Positions 12,560 through 25,078 of a DNA stretch of 64,000 bases are shown here, piece after piece; the stretch's first letter is position 1; each line of letters opens with the position of its first letter. A program made the translations under genes and the position numbers. Source of the stretch: Hemiscyllium ocellatum (Eukaryota); assembly GCF_020745735.1 (NCBI RefSeq), contig NC_083409.1, positions 9,909,534-9,973,533 of the forward strand, given 5' to 3'. The notes beneath the pieces were generated by a model. It saw nothing but the letters and a program-made list of their open reading frames with translations, was not told where the DNA came from and did not search any database.

Positions 12560-13470
12560 GTAGGAGTAGTAAGATGCAAAAGACAAGTGGAGCTTGCAGA
12601 GGAATTTGATTTGAACGAGATATTTGTGCAGATAATAAGAGATATTCTAATTGGAAGGATATGGTTGGTGATATTCTGCGTGGATCTATGTTGGTGCCCT
12701 ATCTATTCACGATTCATAATGAAAGGAAAGCCACATTCAAAATGTGGGGCCTCTCTCCAGATTAGCAGCGATCTCGAGTGTCAGTAGATGGAAGCATAAA
12801 ATCAGAAAGCAATCTTGATAGATTAAGTAAATGAAAAATCTATGGATGAGTTTGATCGGCAAGTGAGAGGTTGGATCAAAATAGGATATTTCTTGATTGT
12901 GGAAATTGAGACACAATGGAGTTCAAAGGAACTTGGGGGTGATCCAGCTGTATATAGTTCATGAAAATGTCACAAACAGGCTCAGAAAAGTGATCAAGGG
13001 GCCAGTGGAATGTTGGCATTTATGTCCAAAGAAGACTCGAAAACAAAGGATTAGAAGTCATGCTTCAGCAATTCAAAACCGAGTCCGACCAAGCCGTCAG
13101 GGCTGGGCACCATGGCTTAGGAAGAGTATCACTCTTAGTGGAAGTGCAATGTAGACTAACTGAAGTGATACTTGGGCTCCGAGGCTTAATTTAAGAAGAG
13201 AGATTGAATAGATAAAATGTTAGAGTCAGAACATTGAGGTGTGATATTATGGAACACTTTTGCACACAAATGGATGAAGTTTGAAACTCCCTTCCACAAA
13301 CAGTGATTGATTTGAAATCAGTTACAAATTTTAAATCTGAGATTGGTAGATTTTTAACCAAAATGCTGAAGGATTATGGGACAAAGACAGGGATTTGTCA
13401 TGATGTTGAAGATTACCATGATTTGGGTGAATGGTGGAATAGGCTCAAGACACAAAATAGCCTCCTCCTG
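12560..13470 (+). mobile_element. Very old degraded CR1 3' region
   Basis: Faint CR1 ORF2 C-terminal and tail similarity. Confidence 0.55.
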
Positions 13471-13868
13471 TTCTGATGTTGGTGTAACCATGACACCCTT
13501 ATTCTCTGTATGTATAACTCCTATTCTGTTTTTGTTTATTTATCAGAACCTGGCAGCAAATTAGAAATTGGAGTCCTGACCAGAAAATTATCAGTATGAG
13601 GGACTTTGCCAGTCTTAATGTGTTTCACAGATGATGAAATGAGACAGTCAGCATTTACTCATCCTGATAAATATTGGGATAGTTTGATGGGATCACTTGT
13701 GATGCAGCATGATTGGCATATCTGATGCTACTCCAACTACTTTTAATTGTTGTTGTTGTCTGCACTCAGTCCTGAGGTTTTGTGGATTACAGGACAAATT
13801 TTGCTTGGGTCAGGGGAAGCAGATCACCTCACTCTGTACTGTTTGTCCTCCTGTCTTTCACTGTTCAG

Positions 13869-14056
13869 CATGATTTCAGCATGCCCTTCTCGGGAGGTCA
13901 AGACAGTTTCTGTAAATTCACCATGGAGATGGTGCGACAATACGTGGAGGCGGAGGAGACGCGTGCACAGCACCAGGTGTCACTCCTCAAACTGAGAGAA
14001 CAAGCCATGAAGGAAAAGACCAAAGCAGAGCTGGCCTGGTTGGAGCACCAGAAAAA
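13869..14056 (+). pseudogene. CEP350: CEP350-like exon (MPFSGGQDSF...LEHQKK)
   Basis: cag|HDFSMPFSGGQDSFCKFTMEMVRQYVEAEETRAQHQVSLLKLREQAMKEKTKAELAWLEHQK|gtgagt. Open, and in phase with the 11915-12160 exon. Confidence 0.93.
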
Positions 14057-14279
14057 GTGAGTAGCTGACCTATGCAGTGATGGTAAGCTGAATAGCCTTT
14101 CAAAAATGCAATGTAAGAATGTGCAGATCCTTCCAGTAATCCTTTCCGGAGAAGGGGGAAAGCTAGTGTCTTTTCTCATTGCAGTCTGGCTGTTGTGCAG
14201 AATCTAGGTATTCACGTCATCTTTCCCCTTATCACTGTTTGGATTGAGTAGAATGAATGCAATTTAGACTTTTTTTTTC

Positions 14280-15310
14280 ATATTTTTAAGTTTGTTCTTT
14301 GAATTTGGGATGTTTGCGGTAATGCTGGTATTTATTTACTATCCCTCATTCTTGAAATGGTCATGGTGATGAGCTGCCTTGAGCTACTGCAGTCTGCTTG
14401 GTCAATATAAACGTATCAACTCGCAAGTGCTGTTAGGTTTGGAGTTCAGGGCTCTGGAACAGATTGATGCAAGACTGTTGTCCTAACCCACAGGTCAGGA
14501 TTTTAAACAAATTATTTCAGTGGATTTCTTTGCTGCTGTTAAGGCCAAGATTGTTGTCCATCCTTCATTGCACTTGGGAAGGTGATAGTAAGTCATTTCC
14601 TCAAACATCTGCAGTTCACCTGCTGCAGGTACGACCACAATGCTCACAGGAAATGAGTACCTGGGGTTTTGGTCCAAGAGTAGTGAAGGAATGGTATATT
14701 GCTAAGTCAGGATGTTGTGTGGCTTGGAGAGAAGCTTACAAGTCATGGTGTTACATGTTATATACTCTCTGTGCCCTCTTAGGTGGTCGAGGTCAGAGGC
14801 TTTGAAGGTGCTGTTGAAAGAATTGAGTGAATTCCTGCAGTGCATCATACAGTGCACATAGCTCTCATTGTTTATTGGTGAATGTGGTGCTGATCAAGCA
14901 GGTTGCTATGTTCTATTTGATGTTATGTTTCTTGGGCATGTACTGGGGAGACAGGAAGTGAGTTACTTAGTGAAGAATTTTCAGCTTCTGACCTGGTTTT
15001 GTTGACCCAGTATTGTATAGCTGATACGGTTCAGTTTCAGGTCGAGGGCAACTCTAATGTGATAATTGTGAGAGAAGCAGTGATGATAATACCACTTCAT
15101 ATCAAAAGGATTGCAAGAGATGGTCAATGCTTGGTAGGTATGGTGTGCATGCCATCCATGCTGCCATAATACTGTAGTCACATATGCCATACTAGTTGTA
15201 GGCAGAAGATTTCCTCCTTCAAAGTCCCTCCATGAATTATTTGGGTTTTTATGGCTGCTCAACATCTTTGTGGACACTTTTACTGACACCAACCTTTTAT
15301 TTCCAGATTT
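14280..15310 (-). mobile_element. Old degraded LINE/SINE remnants
   Basis: Weak similarity to LINE and Deu-SINE tail sequence seen elsewhere in the window (compare 31690-32030). Confidence 0.45.
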
Positions 15311-15579
15311 TCTTTTAAAATACCCTTATTGATTTTGTGAGCATAAACAATATCTTGTTGAAATAAATTTTCTCCTGATTGAGTATGACAAGCATGGAGG
15401 GGCATTACAGTTATAAAATATTAACAAGAATTTGCTGTTTAACAAAATCTTAAACCCTGATCATTCTCTTTCTGGTTTAGTTGCTAATTCAGCAGTGGTG
15501 ACACTGTGAGATCTACTTGGGCAGATTTATCCAAATTTGTCTGTAAATTCCAGCATCATTATACCATGTGTTGCGAGCT

Positions 15580-17034
15580 GTGGTTTACTAAAGAAGTTGA
15601 ATCTCTTGTCAAGAGGAAGAAAAGGCTTATTGAGGCGTGAAGCTCAGTTAGGGAGCTTGAGAGTTACAAGTTAGTGAGGAAAGACCTAAAGAGAGAGCTA
15701 AGAAGAGCCAGGAGGAAACATGAAAAATCACTGGCAGACAGGATCAAGGAAAACCATACAGCTTTCTGTAAGTATATCAGGAAGAAAAGAATGACGAGAG
15801 AGATCAGGGCCAATCAAGGATAGTTGTGGGATGTTGTGCATGGAGTCCGAGGAGATGGGGAAGCATTAAATGAATATTTATTTGTTAGTATTCACACCGG
15901 AAAAGATAGTGTTGTCGAGGAGAATACTGCGATGCAGACTATCAGACTAGACGGGATTGAGGTTCATCAGGAGGTGTTAGCAATTCGATAAAGTGTGAAA
16001 ATAGGTAAGGCCTCTCGGCTGGATGGGATTAATGAGAGGATTCTCTGGGAAGCCAGGGAGGAGATTGCAGAACCTTGAGCTTTGATCTTTGTTGTCATTG
16101 TCTACAGGAATAGTACCAGAAGACTGGAGGATAACAAATGTCGTCCCCTTGTTCAAGAAGGCGAGTAAAAACAATTCTGCTATTATAAATGACTGAGCCT
16201 TATTTGGTTGTGGGTAAAATGTTGGAAAAGGTTATAAGAGATAGGATTTATAATCATCTAGAAAGGAATAAGTTGCTAAGCGATGGTCAACACAGTTTTG
16301 TGAAAGTTAGTTCGTGTCTTACAAATTTTATTGAGTTCTTTTAGGAACATGGATGAGGGTAATGCGGTGATGTGGTGTGTACGTGGATTTCAGTAAGGCA
16401 TTTGATAAATTTCCCACTGTAGGCTATTGCACAAAATACAGAGGCATGGGATTGCGGGTGATTTAACTGTTTTGGATCAGAAATTGGCGAGCTGAAGAAG
16501 ACAGAGTGTGGTAATGATGGGAAATGTTCATCCTGGAGTTCAATAATGAGTAATATACCGCAAGGATCTGTTTTGGGTCCACTGCTGTTTGTCATTTTAA
16601 TAAATGACCCAGATGAGGGCATTGATGGATGGGTTAGTAAATTTGTAGATGGCATGAAGGTCAATGGAGTTGTGTATAGTGCTGAAGGGTGTTTGCTAGG
16701 TTTCAGAGGGATATAGATAAGCTGCAGAGCTGGGTTGAGAGGTGGCAAAAATGGAGTTTAATGCAGAAAAGTGTGAGGCGATACAGCCAAGAAGGAGCAA
16801 CAGGAATAAGGAGTACTTGGAAGATTCTTGGTAGTGGAGATGTGCAGAGAAATCTCGATGTCCATGTATAGATTCCTGAAAGTTGCCACCCAGGTTGATA
16901 GGAAGGCATACCATAGGGTGAGTTAGCTTTTATTGGTAGAGGAATTGAGTTTCAGAAGCACATAGTCATGCTGCAGCTGTACAAAACTCTGGTGCGGCCA
17001 AACTTGGAGTATTGCGGCAGTTCTGGTCACTGCA
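15580..17034 (+). mobile_element. CR1 LINE ORF2 fragment running into the gap
   Basis: Degraded RT motifs (VDFSKAFDK, PQGSVLGPLLF, LYKTLVRPNLEYC). Confidence 0.9.
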
Positions 17035-17234
17035 NNNNNNNNNNNNNNNNNNNNNNNNNNNNNNNNNNNNNNNNNNNNNNNNNNNNNNNNNNNNNNNNNN
17101 NNNNNNNNNNNNNNNNNNNNNNNNNNNNNNNNNNNNNNNNNNNNNNNNNNNNNNNNNNNNNNNNNNNNNNNNNNNNNNNNNNNNNNNNNNNNNNNNNNNN
17201 NNNNNNNNNNNNNNNNNNNNNNNNNNNNNNNNNN
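17035..17234. other. Assembly gap (200 N)
   Basis: Run of N. The round size suggests a scaffolding join of unknown true length. Confidence 1.
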
Positions 17235-17316
17235 GGATAATGGCTTGTGGATTGTTTTGTCTGTGTATTTAGGGTTGTTTGTAACAGCTGCCATTTCTCC
17301 TGTGCTGCTATCCCAG

Positions 17317-17438
17317 ATTTTTATTTCTAATGAAGTTATAATGTTGTTTGGATTTAACAAGAGCAATAGCAGAAGACAGCTTGGCAGAAGATGAAGAAAT
17401 TTGGCAGGAGAAAACGTGATTGAATGACCCGCATTTTG
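17317..17438 (+). pseudogene. CEP350: CEP350-like penultimate-type exon, copy 2
   Basis: 122 nt (1-nt deletion relative to copy 1) with stop codons. It retains WQKMKKFGRRKRD, closer to the recalled orthologue than copy 1. Confidence 0.88.
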
Positions 17439-17801
17439 GTAAGTGCTTCAGTTTTGGAATTGTTCAGTTTTACATTGTAGCATTACGTCACGATTATGAA
17501 CACTGCATCTACATCTGAACTTTCTATTTATTTCAAATGACAAATGCTTTATCTGTTTTGGCTTACCTGCTGGCTCTCCAGTACACATCCAGAAAATGCT
17601 TCAACTTTCTGATTGAATTGAAAACTTGGGTCCTCACTGGAATAATTTGCTGAAAACCAAATCCTACTATTCCTTAGTGGCCAGAAACGTTTAAAAAATA
17701 TTCAGAAGTACATTGAATTCAGTGCAGTTGGCAAAGTAGGGTCATGTGTAGTTCTTTAATTCCCAATGTTTAATTTCACTTTCTGTCCATGTTTCCTTCA
17801 G

Positions 17802-17947
17802 TCCTATGATGAGTTTGTAAAGAAGACCGAAGCTGAACCCTGTAAAGATCTCGATGTTGCCAGGTCAAACCCAACCAAACCGCAGATTAAAACTCTGTAC
17901 TCCACTGCTACTGAGAAACCGAAGATTAAACCTCCCTCTCTGCAGAG
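17802..17947 (+). pseudogene. CEP350: CEP350-like mid-gene exon, copy 2
   Basis: cag|SYDEFVKKTEAEPCKDLDVARSNPTKPQIKTLYSTATEKPKIKPPSLQR|gtac, 146 nt, open, with intact splice dinucleotides. Confidence 0.9.
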
Positions 17948-18392
17948 GTACTTTCAGTAATGGATGTTAATTGTAACCTTATGAAGGGATGCCTCTTGTA
18001 TTTATCTTTTTTTACCCGAGTGGAAGCCCTTTTGTCCAAATTAGTTGGTGATGAAGTGGTTCTTTAGTTAAGGAGGACCAGTGCTTTTACAGAGACTTTA
18101 CAGCAGGGAAACGTGCCTTTTAGTCCAACAGACTCGTGCAGTTATTTTGTCTCCATGCGAGTCTACTCCCACTTTGTTTCATCCCATCAGTGCATACTTC
18201 TGTATGTTTCTCCCTGAGGTACTTATCTAATTTCCCCTTTAACAAGTTTGTGCTATTCAACTTAAGCATCCTGGCTCTAGCAAGTTTCATGTTGTCACCT
18301 TTCTCAGGGAATAATGTTTTGTTTTGAATTTGTGATTCAATTCGTTAACGTGAACTTCCTGTTCAGTCAGCCTCACAAGTGTCATCCCCCCG

Positions 18393-18399
<7 letters not shown>

Positions 18400-18423
<24 letters not shown>

Positions 18424-21400
18424 TCTAAACAAAAAAATGCCCTCCCGTGTGTTGCTAAGGTAAGGTGTTTCAATTGATATTTCTTGTGTATCGTGTTATT
18501 GATTAACAATTGGCTGTTGGTTGTTGAATAAGACCATAAAGAAGTACTAGAAATTATTTAGTTCATAAATTTGTATAAATGAATTAAATAAGTAGAGATG
18601 TTTGGACAGGTGATGTGCTGGAGCTGTATGGTGTGGGAGCTGGCTGATCCCATTGTGAAGGGCAGTGACCACATCTGCAGCAAGTGTTGTTTGCTAAAAA
18701 ACTCCGGATCAGAATCAGTGATCTGGAATCTGAGCTTCAAACACTGCGGTACATCCGGGAGGGGGAGAGTTACCTGAACGCTTTGTTTCAGGAGGCAGTT
18801 ACATCCGATAGATAGAATTCAGTTCGTGGTCAGGGGTAACAGGGTGTGACTGTAAGTGAGGCAGGTAGGGGGATTCTGAGTTCAGGAGTGGAGGAGCCTC
18901 AGCCCTTGACCTTGTCAAACAGGTATGCAATTTTTGCTTCCTGTATGGGTGAGGAAAAGTGCTGTGGGCAGGATAAGCCAGCTGACCACTGCAACATGGT
19001 GCAGAAGGCCATTCAAGAAAGGGAGTAAAAAGACAAGTAGTTGTTACAGGGGATTCGGTAATTAGGGGACAGATTGTATCCTTTGCAAGCCGGATTGGGA
19101 GTCCCACATGGTGTGTTGCTTGCCCGGTGCCAGGGTGCAGGACATCTCCGATTGGCTTGAAAGGATATTGGAACAAGAGGGAGAAGATCCAGTTGTTGTG
19201 ATCCATGTTGGCACTAACAGCATAGACAAGGCTAGGCATGTGGGCCTGTGTGGGGAGTATAAAGCACTAGGAAGGAAATTGAAGAATAGGTCCTCGAGGG
19301 TTATAATCTCTGGATTACTGCCCGAGCCACGTGCTAATTGTCATAGGGATAAGAAAATTAGGGAAATAAACACGTGGCAAGGAGATTGGTGTGGGAAAGA
19401 AGGTTTCCATTTCATGGGACATTGGCATCAGTTTTTGGAACCTGGACGATCTGTACCGATGAGACAGTCTCCACCTGAACCGATCTGGAACCAGTGTTCT
19501 GGTGAAAAGGATAAATTGGGTGGTCACTCGGACTTTAAATTTATGAGTCTGGGGAAAGGGAAAGCAACAGGGAGTATGGAGCCAAATAGAAAGATAAGCA
19601 GCGGGTTAGCATGTGTGCAGGGTTTAAGTTCAAGCAGACTAGAATTAAGTAAAAAAGAACAATAACTTAGAACATATTAGTAGAGATGTTGGAAATCATG
19701 AGGATAAGAAAACTAGCATTAAGGCACTTTACTTGAATGCTCATTGTATTCGTAAGAAAATAGATGAATTAACAGCACAAATCATGGTGAATGATTATGA
19801 TGTGGTAGGCATCACAGAGAGATGGTTGCATGGGGGTTCTGGACTGGCAGTTAAACATCCAAGTATTTACAACTTAGAGTGGACAGAGTTGCCTTTTTAG
19901 TTCAGATGACATAGGGTCAGATGACTTGGATTCTGTGTGGGTGGAGTTGAGGAACCATAAAGGCAAAAAAACCATAATGGGCGTTATGTACAGACTTCCC
20001 AGCAGTGTTCAGGACTAGGGGCACAGATGTACCAGGAAATAGATAGGGCATATCAGAAAGGCAAGGTCACGATGATCATGGGGAACTTCAATATGCAAAG
20101 GACTGGGTGAATAATGTTGCCAGTGGATCCAAAGAAAGGGAGTTCATGGAATGCTTACAGGATGTATTTTTGGAACGGCTTGTGATGGAGCCTACAAGAG
20201 AGCAGGCTGTTTTGCACTTAGTGCGATGTAATTAGCTAGACGTTGTAAAAGATCTTAAAATAAGGGAGCACTTAGGAGGCAGCGATCATAATATAGTCGC
20301 GTTCAGTCTGCAGTTTGAAAGGGAGAAGGAAAAATTGGTTGTAATGGTGTCAAAGTAAAATGAAGGTAATTACAGGGGCATGAGAGAGGAACTGATGAAA
20401 ATCGACTGGAAGCAGAGCCGAGTGGGGAAGACAGTAGGCAGGAGTTTCTGGGTGTAATTGAGGATGCAGGACAAATGTTCAGCCCAAATAAAAGATTATA
20501 CGGGGGTGGGGGAGGGGGGTGGCGGGGGCATTAGACAGCCACGGCCGACAAAGGAAGTCAGGAAATGTATCAAAGAGAGAGCAAGCCTATAAACTGACCA
20601 AGAGCACTGGGAAATCAGAAGATTGGGAAGACTGTGAAAACAAACAAAGAGAAATAAAGAAGGAGAGGATCAAATAAACTCGCCAGTAATATTAGAAATG
20701 ATAGTAAAAATTTCTTTCAATACATAAGAAACAAACGAGAAGCAAAAATAGAAATTGGGGCCATTCCAAATTGACACAGGAAGGCTTGTGATGGGAGATA
20801 AGGCAATAGCTGAATCGCTCTTCAAAGTGGAAGGCATGAGTAATATCCCAACAGTGAAGGAGAGTTCGGGACAGAGTTGAGTATGGTATCCATTCCAAAA
20901 GAGAGAGCGCAAGAAAAGCTAAAAGATGTAAAAATTGATAAATCCCCTGGCCCAGTTGGGCTCCATTCCAGATGTTCTGAGAGACGTGTTTGAGGAAATA
21001 GCAGAGGCGTTGGTTGACACTGGAGTCAGAGAACGTCCCAGATGATTGGAAAATCACTTTTGTAACTCCCTTGTTCAAGAAAGGATCAAGACAAAAGATG
21101 GAAAATTATAGGTTGCTTTGCCTAACCTCGGTTGTAGGAAAATTGTAGAATCCATCGTTAAGGATTAGGTTTGTATGTTCTTGGAAGTGCAGGGTCTGAT
21201 GAAAACAAGCCAGCATGGATTTAGTAAGGCAAGGTCATGCCTGAAAAACTTGTTGGCATTCATTGAAGAGGTAACAAGTAGGTTAGACCAGGGAAATCCA
21301 GTGGATGTGATCTATCTAGATTTCCAAAAGGTCTTTGGTAAAGTGCCTCATGGGAGGCTCCTGAGTAAGGTGAGGGCACATGATGTTTGAGGTGAGCCAC

Positions 21401-22483
21401 TGGCATGGATTGAGGTTTAGCTGTCTGAAAGAAGGCAGAGAATTGGGGTAAAAAATTCTTTTTCAGAATGGCATCTGGTGACAAGTGGAATCCCACCGGA
21501 TTCAGTGTTGGGACCGCAGCCGTTCACTTTATATATTATTGATCTGGATGAAGGAACTGGGGGCTTTCTGGCGAAGTTCACCAATGATAAGAAGTTAGGT
21601 GGACAGGCAGGATGTTCTGAGGAGGTGGGGAGACTGCAGAAAGATTGAGACAGTTTAGGAGAGTGGTCCAGGAAATGGCTGATGAAATTCAACGTGAGCA
21701 AATGTGAGGCCTTGCACTTTGGAAAAAAGAATACAGGCATGGACTATTTTCTAAACGGTGAGAAAATTCCTAAAGCTAAAGTACAAAGGGATCTGGGAGT
21801 GCTAGTCCAGGATTCTCTAAAGATTGACTTGCAAGTTGAGGCCGTGGTGCAGAAAGCAAATGTAATGTTGTCATTTATCTCGAGGGTTGGAATATTAAAG
21901 CAGTGATGTGCTACTGAGACTTTATAAAGCTCGAGATAAGCCTCACTTCAAACACTGTGACCTATTTTGGGCCCCACACCTCAGGAAGGACATACTGGCA
22001 CTGGAGCGTGTCCAGCAGAGATTCACGCGGATGATCCCTGGAAAAAGTAGGCTGAACATATGATGAATATCTGAGGATCCTGGGATTGTATTCATGAGAG
22101 TTTAGAAGGTTGAAGGGAGATCTACAAGAAACTTACAAGATACTGCATGGCTTAGAAAGGGTGGACGCTGGGAAGTTGTTTCCGTTAGGCAGGGAGACTA
22201 GGACTCATGGGCACATCCTTAGAATTAGAGGGGGTCAATTTAGAACGAAAATGAGGAGACATTTCGTCAGCCAGAGAGTTGTTGGCCTGTGGAATTCATT
22301 GCCGCGGAGGCCGGGATGTTAAATGTTTTCAAGGCAGATTGATAAATTCTTGATCTTGCAAGGTATTAAGGGCTACGAGGAGAGTGCGGGTAAGTGGAGT
22401 TGAAATGCCCATCAGCCATGATTGAATGGTGGAGTGGGCTCAATGGGTCGAATGGCCTTACTTCCACTCCTATGTCTTATGGT
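18400..22483 (+). mobile_element. Near full-length CR1 LINE (ORF1 Zn-finger plus esterase, ORF2 APE-RT), degraded
   Basis: CWSC...CSKC ORF1 N-terminus; SGNH-type VCCLPGARVQDI...VIHVGTNS (ORF 19108-19665); RT motifs YLDFQKVFGKVPH and MKFNVSKCEALHFG; 3' end cctatgtcttatggtctt. Confidence 0.95.
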
Positions 22484-22544
22484 CTTCATTTTTAAACTTC
22501 GCCATCAAATCTTGTTTTCAAAGTTCTCTCTCTGGTTACTAGTT

Positions 22545-23232
22545 TATACAGTTAATGGTCGGGCCCTGTTGCTGAGCAAAGAGACCTTGGGATGCAGGTG
22601 CACAGTTTCTTGAAAGAGGAGTTGCCGGTAGAAAGAGTGGTGAAGAAGGCATTTGGCATGCTTGCCTTCAATGGCCAGAACATTGACTGTAGTGGTTGAG
22701 GCATTGCGTTGCAGCTGTACAGGACATTGATGAGGCCTCGCCTGGAATACTGCATACAGTTCTGATCGCTTTTCTATAGGAAGGATGTTAAACTTGAGAG
22801 AGTGCAGAAAATATTTACAAGGATGTTGCTGGGACTGAGTTACAGGGAGAGGCTGAATAGGCTGAAGTATTTTTCCCCATTGCATTGGAGGCTAAAGGGT
22901 TTTTGCAGAAGTTTGTAAAATCATGAGGGGCATGGATAGGGTGAATCGCCAAGATTTTTTTCCCAGGGCAGGGGAGTCATAAACTAGAGGGCCAAGGTTT
23001 AAGGTGAGAAGTGAAGATTTAAAAAGGGCCTGAGAGGTAACGTTTTCAGGCAGAGGGTGCTGCATACATGGAATGAGCTGCCAGAGTGGTGGAGAGGGGT
23101 TCAATTTTAACTTTTTGAAAGCATCGGGATGGGTACATGAATAGGAAGGGTTGAGAAGGATATGGACCAAATGCTGGCAAGGTGGGCTAGGTCGCATTGA
23201 GATATCTGGTTTGTGCGGGTGAGTTGGGTCTG
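22545..23232 (+). mobile_element. CR1 3' fragment (longer version of the 9265-9712 copy)
   Basis: Shares diagnostic deletions with 9265-9712 and extends to the CR1 tail. Confidence 0.85.
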
Positions 23233-23748
23233 CTGTATAACTGACTCTATAACCCCTTGCCTTTTGACCCCCATGCTCAATCAATCTTTTGAGATGAAAT
23301 ATTTCGTGGCCAGAACTGTTTGGAGTTTAACATTGTTTTAAAAAAAAGATGCATTTGTTATGAAGTCGATCTGTTTATTCTGTATATGAAAAAGAAAGAG
23401 AATAAATCATTATTTTTAAAGATGAAATGATGGCGGAACGTTGCATTTGACATAAAACCTGTATACTTGCTGCTGCAGAATATTATATGTTCATATAGAA
23501 TATAATCAGTTCAGTTGGGTGGTTTTTTGAGATGTGCCTTAAAGCAGTCTAGTGGGTGAAAGATTTCTCCAAAGTATTGAGTATTGTTGGAATGGAGAAC
23601 TGCCACATATATTGTGATCCGACCCCCACGGTGAAACTTTTCAAATAATGAAATGGACAAGATCACTGCCCATTCATATTCAATACCCTTTTATACATGA
23701 AATATGACCTTTGTTTTGCTTCCCACTTCCTTATCTCTATCTCCTGAG

Positions 23749-23774
23749 GATCTGAAACCTGAATACAGACTGAG
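23749..23774 (+). pseudogene. Possible CEP350 micro-exon remnant (R-S-E-T...)
   Basis: Pyrimidine tract, ag|GATCTGAAACC...ACTGAG|gtaact. Position fits the small exon I recall following ...PLHR (SETAK), but the match is only ~9 nt. Confidence 0.3.
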
Positions 23775-24254
23775 GTAACTAGTTGTTGTCAGGAACAACC
23801 ACTTAACCCATGCTGTTACTAACTTAAGTGGGAACAAAATGGCTTCTCAATGCAAATAATATGACATAATGGCTTCTCGTTTGCAAATTGACAATTCCGT
23901 TAAAAGCTGCATAAAATAGCTTTTAACGCTGTTCGAGCTGCATAATTGACTAATCACAGTCAGCTTCAACAGAGATTAGCAGACAATGCTTCCTTTACAG
24001 CATAGAAATAACTAGACTAGATGAGACATTACTGGCCAATCTAACTGACCTTCAAGTGCAGATGGCAAGACTCGGTTAGTGAGGTTAGGGTGGCTTAAAT
24101 GTTGGAAAACAAAGTTGGTTCCCAGGAAATATCATTGGACCGAGTAGCTGTCAGTTAAGATTGTTTCATAAGTTAGTTGGTAATTATCTGAATGTACTAT
24201 ACGATAATGGCCTGTACCTTTCTTTAAGAGAAGTATAAAAATGTTTGTTTTAAG

Positions 24255-25078
24255 GCGTGTAGGTTTGCTCGCTGAGCTGTAAGTTTGATATCCAGACGCT
24301 TCATTACCTGGCTAGGTAACATCATCAGTGGCGACCTCCACAGGAAGCAAAGCTGTTGTCTCCTGCTTTCTATTTATTTCTTCCTCCTGTATGGGGTTCC
24401 TGAGGCTTGTGGTGATGTCATTTTCTGTTCATTTTCTGAGGGTTTGATAGATGGTATCTAGATCTATGTGTATGTTTATGGCGTTGTGGTTGGTGTGCCA
24501 GGCCTCTCGGAATTCTCTGGTATGTTTTTGCTTAGCCTGTCCCAGGATAGATGTGTTGTCCCAGTCAAAATGGAGGGTTTTTTCATCCGTGTGTAGGGCT
24601 ACGAGGGAGAGAGGGTTCTGTCTTTTTGTGGCTAGCTAGTGTTCGTGTATCCTGGTGGCTAACTTTCTTCCTGTTTGTCCTATGTAGTGTTTGTGGCAGT
24701 CATTGCATGGAATTTTGTAGATGACGTTGGTTTTGTCCATGGGTTGTACTGGGTCTTTTAAGTTTGTTAGTTTTTGTTTGAGAGTGTTGGTGGGTTTGTG
24801 TGCTACTAGGATTCCGAGGTGATAGTAGTCTGGCTGTCATTAATGAAACTTCTTTGATATATGGTAAGGTGGTTAGGGTTTCTGGCTGTGTTTGGCCTGC
24901 TTGTCGTGGTTTGTTCTTGAGGAATCTGTGTACTGTATTTTTTGAATATCCGTTCTTCCTGAATACGTTGTATAGGTGGTTCTCCTCTGTTTTCTGAAGT
25001 TCGTCTGTACTGCAGTGTGTGGTGGCTCGTTGGAATAGTGTTCTGATACAACTCTCTTCCTTCTAGGGATTGGCTTGG
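24255..25078 (-). mobile_element. Penelope-like element (Poseidon-type) 3' fragment with GIY-YIG endonuclease
   Basis: Minus-strand peptide NVIYKIPCNDCHKHYIGQTGRKLATRIHEH...REAW...NAIN. A degenerate hammerhead core lies at 24295-24328. Confidence 0.9.

Larger units (their letters stand above)
17235..18390 (+). repeat. Segmental duplication, copy 2 (left part; resumes at 22484 after a CR1 insertion)
   Basis: Matches 8101-~9195. The sequence cttcatttttaaa resumes at 22484 and matches 9226 onward. Confidence 0.92.

Noticed and set aside
4990-14056. A functional CEP350 gene
   Set aside because: Premature stops (5305, 6547), frameshifts, lost acceptors, missing exons and scrambled exon order.
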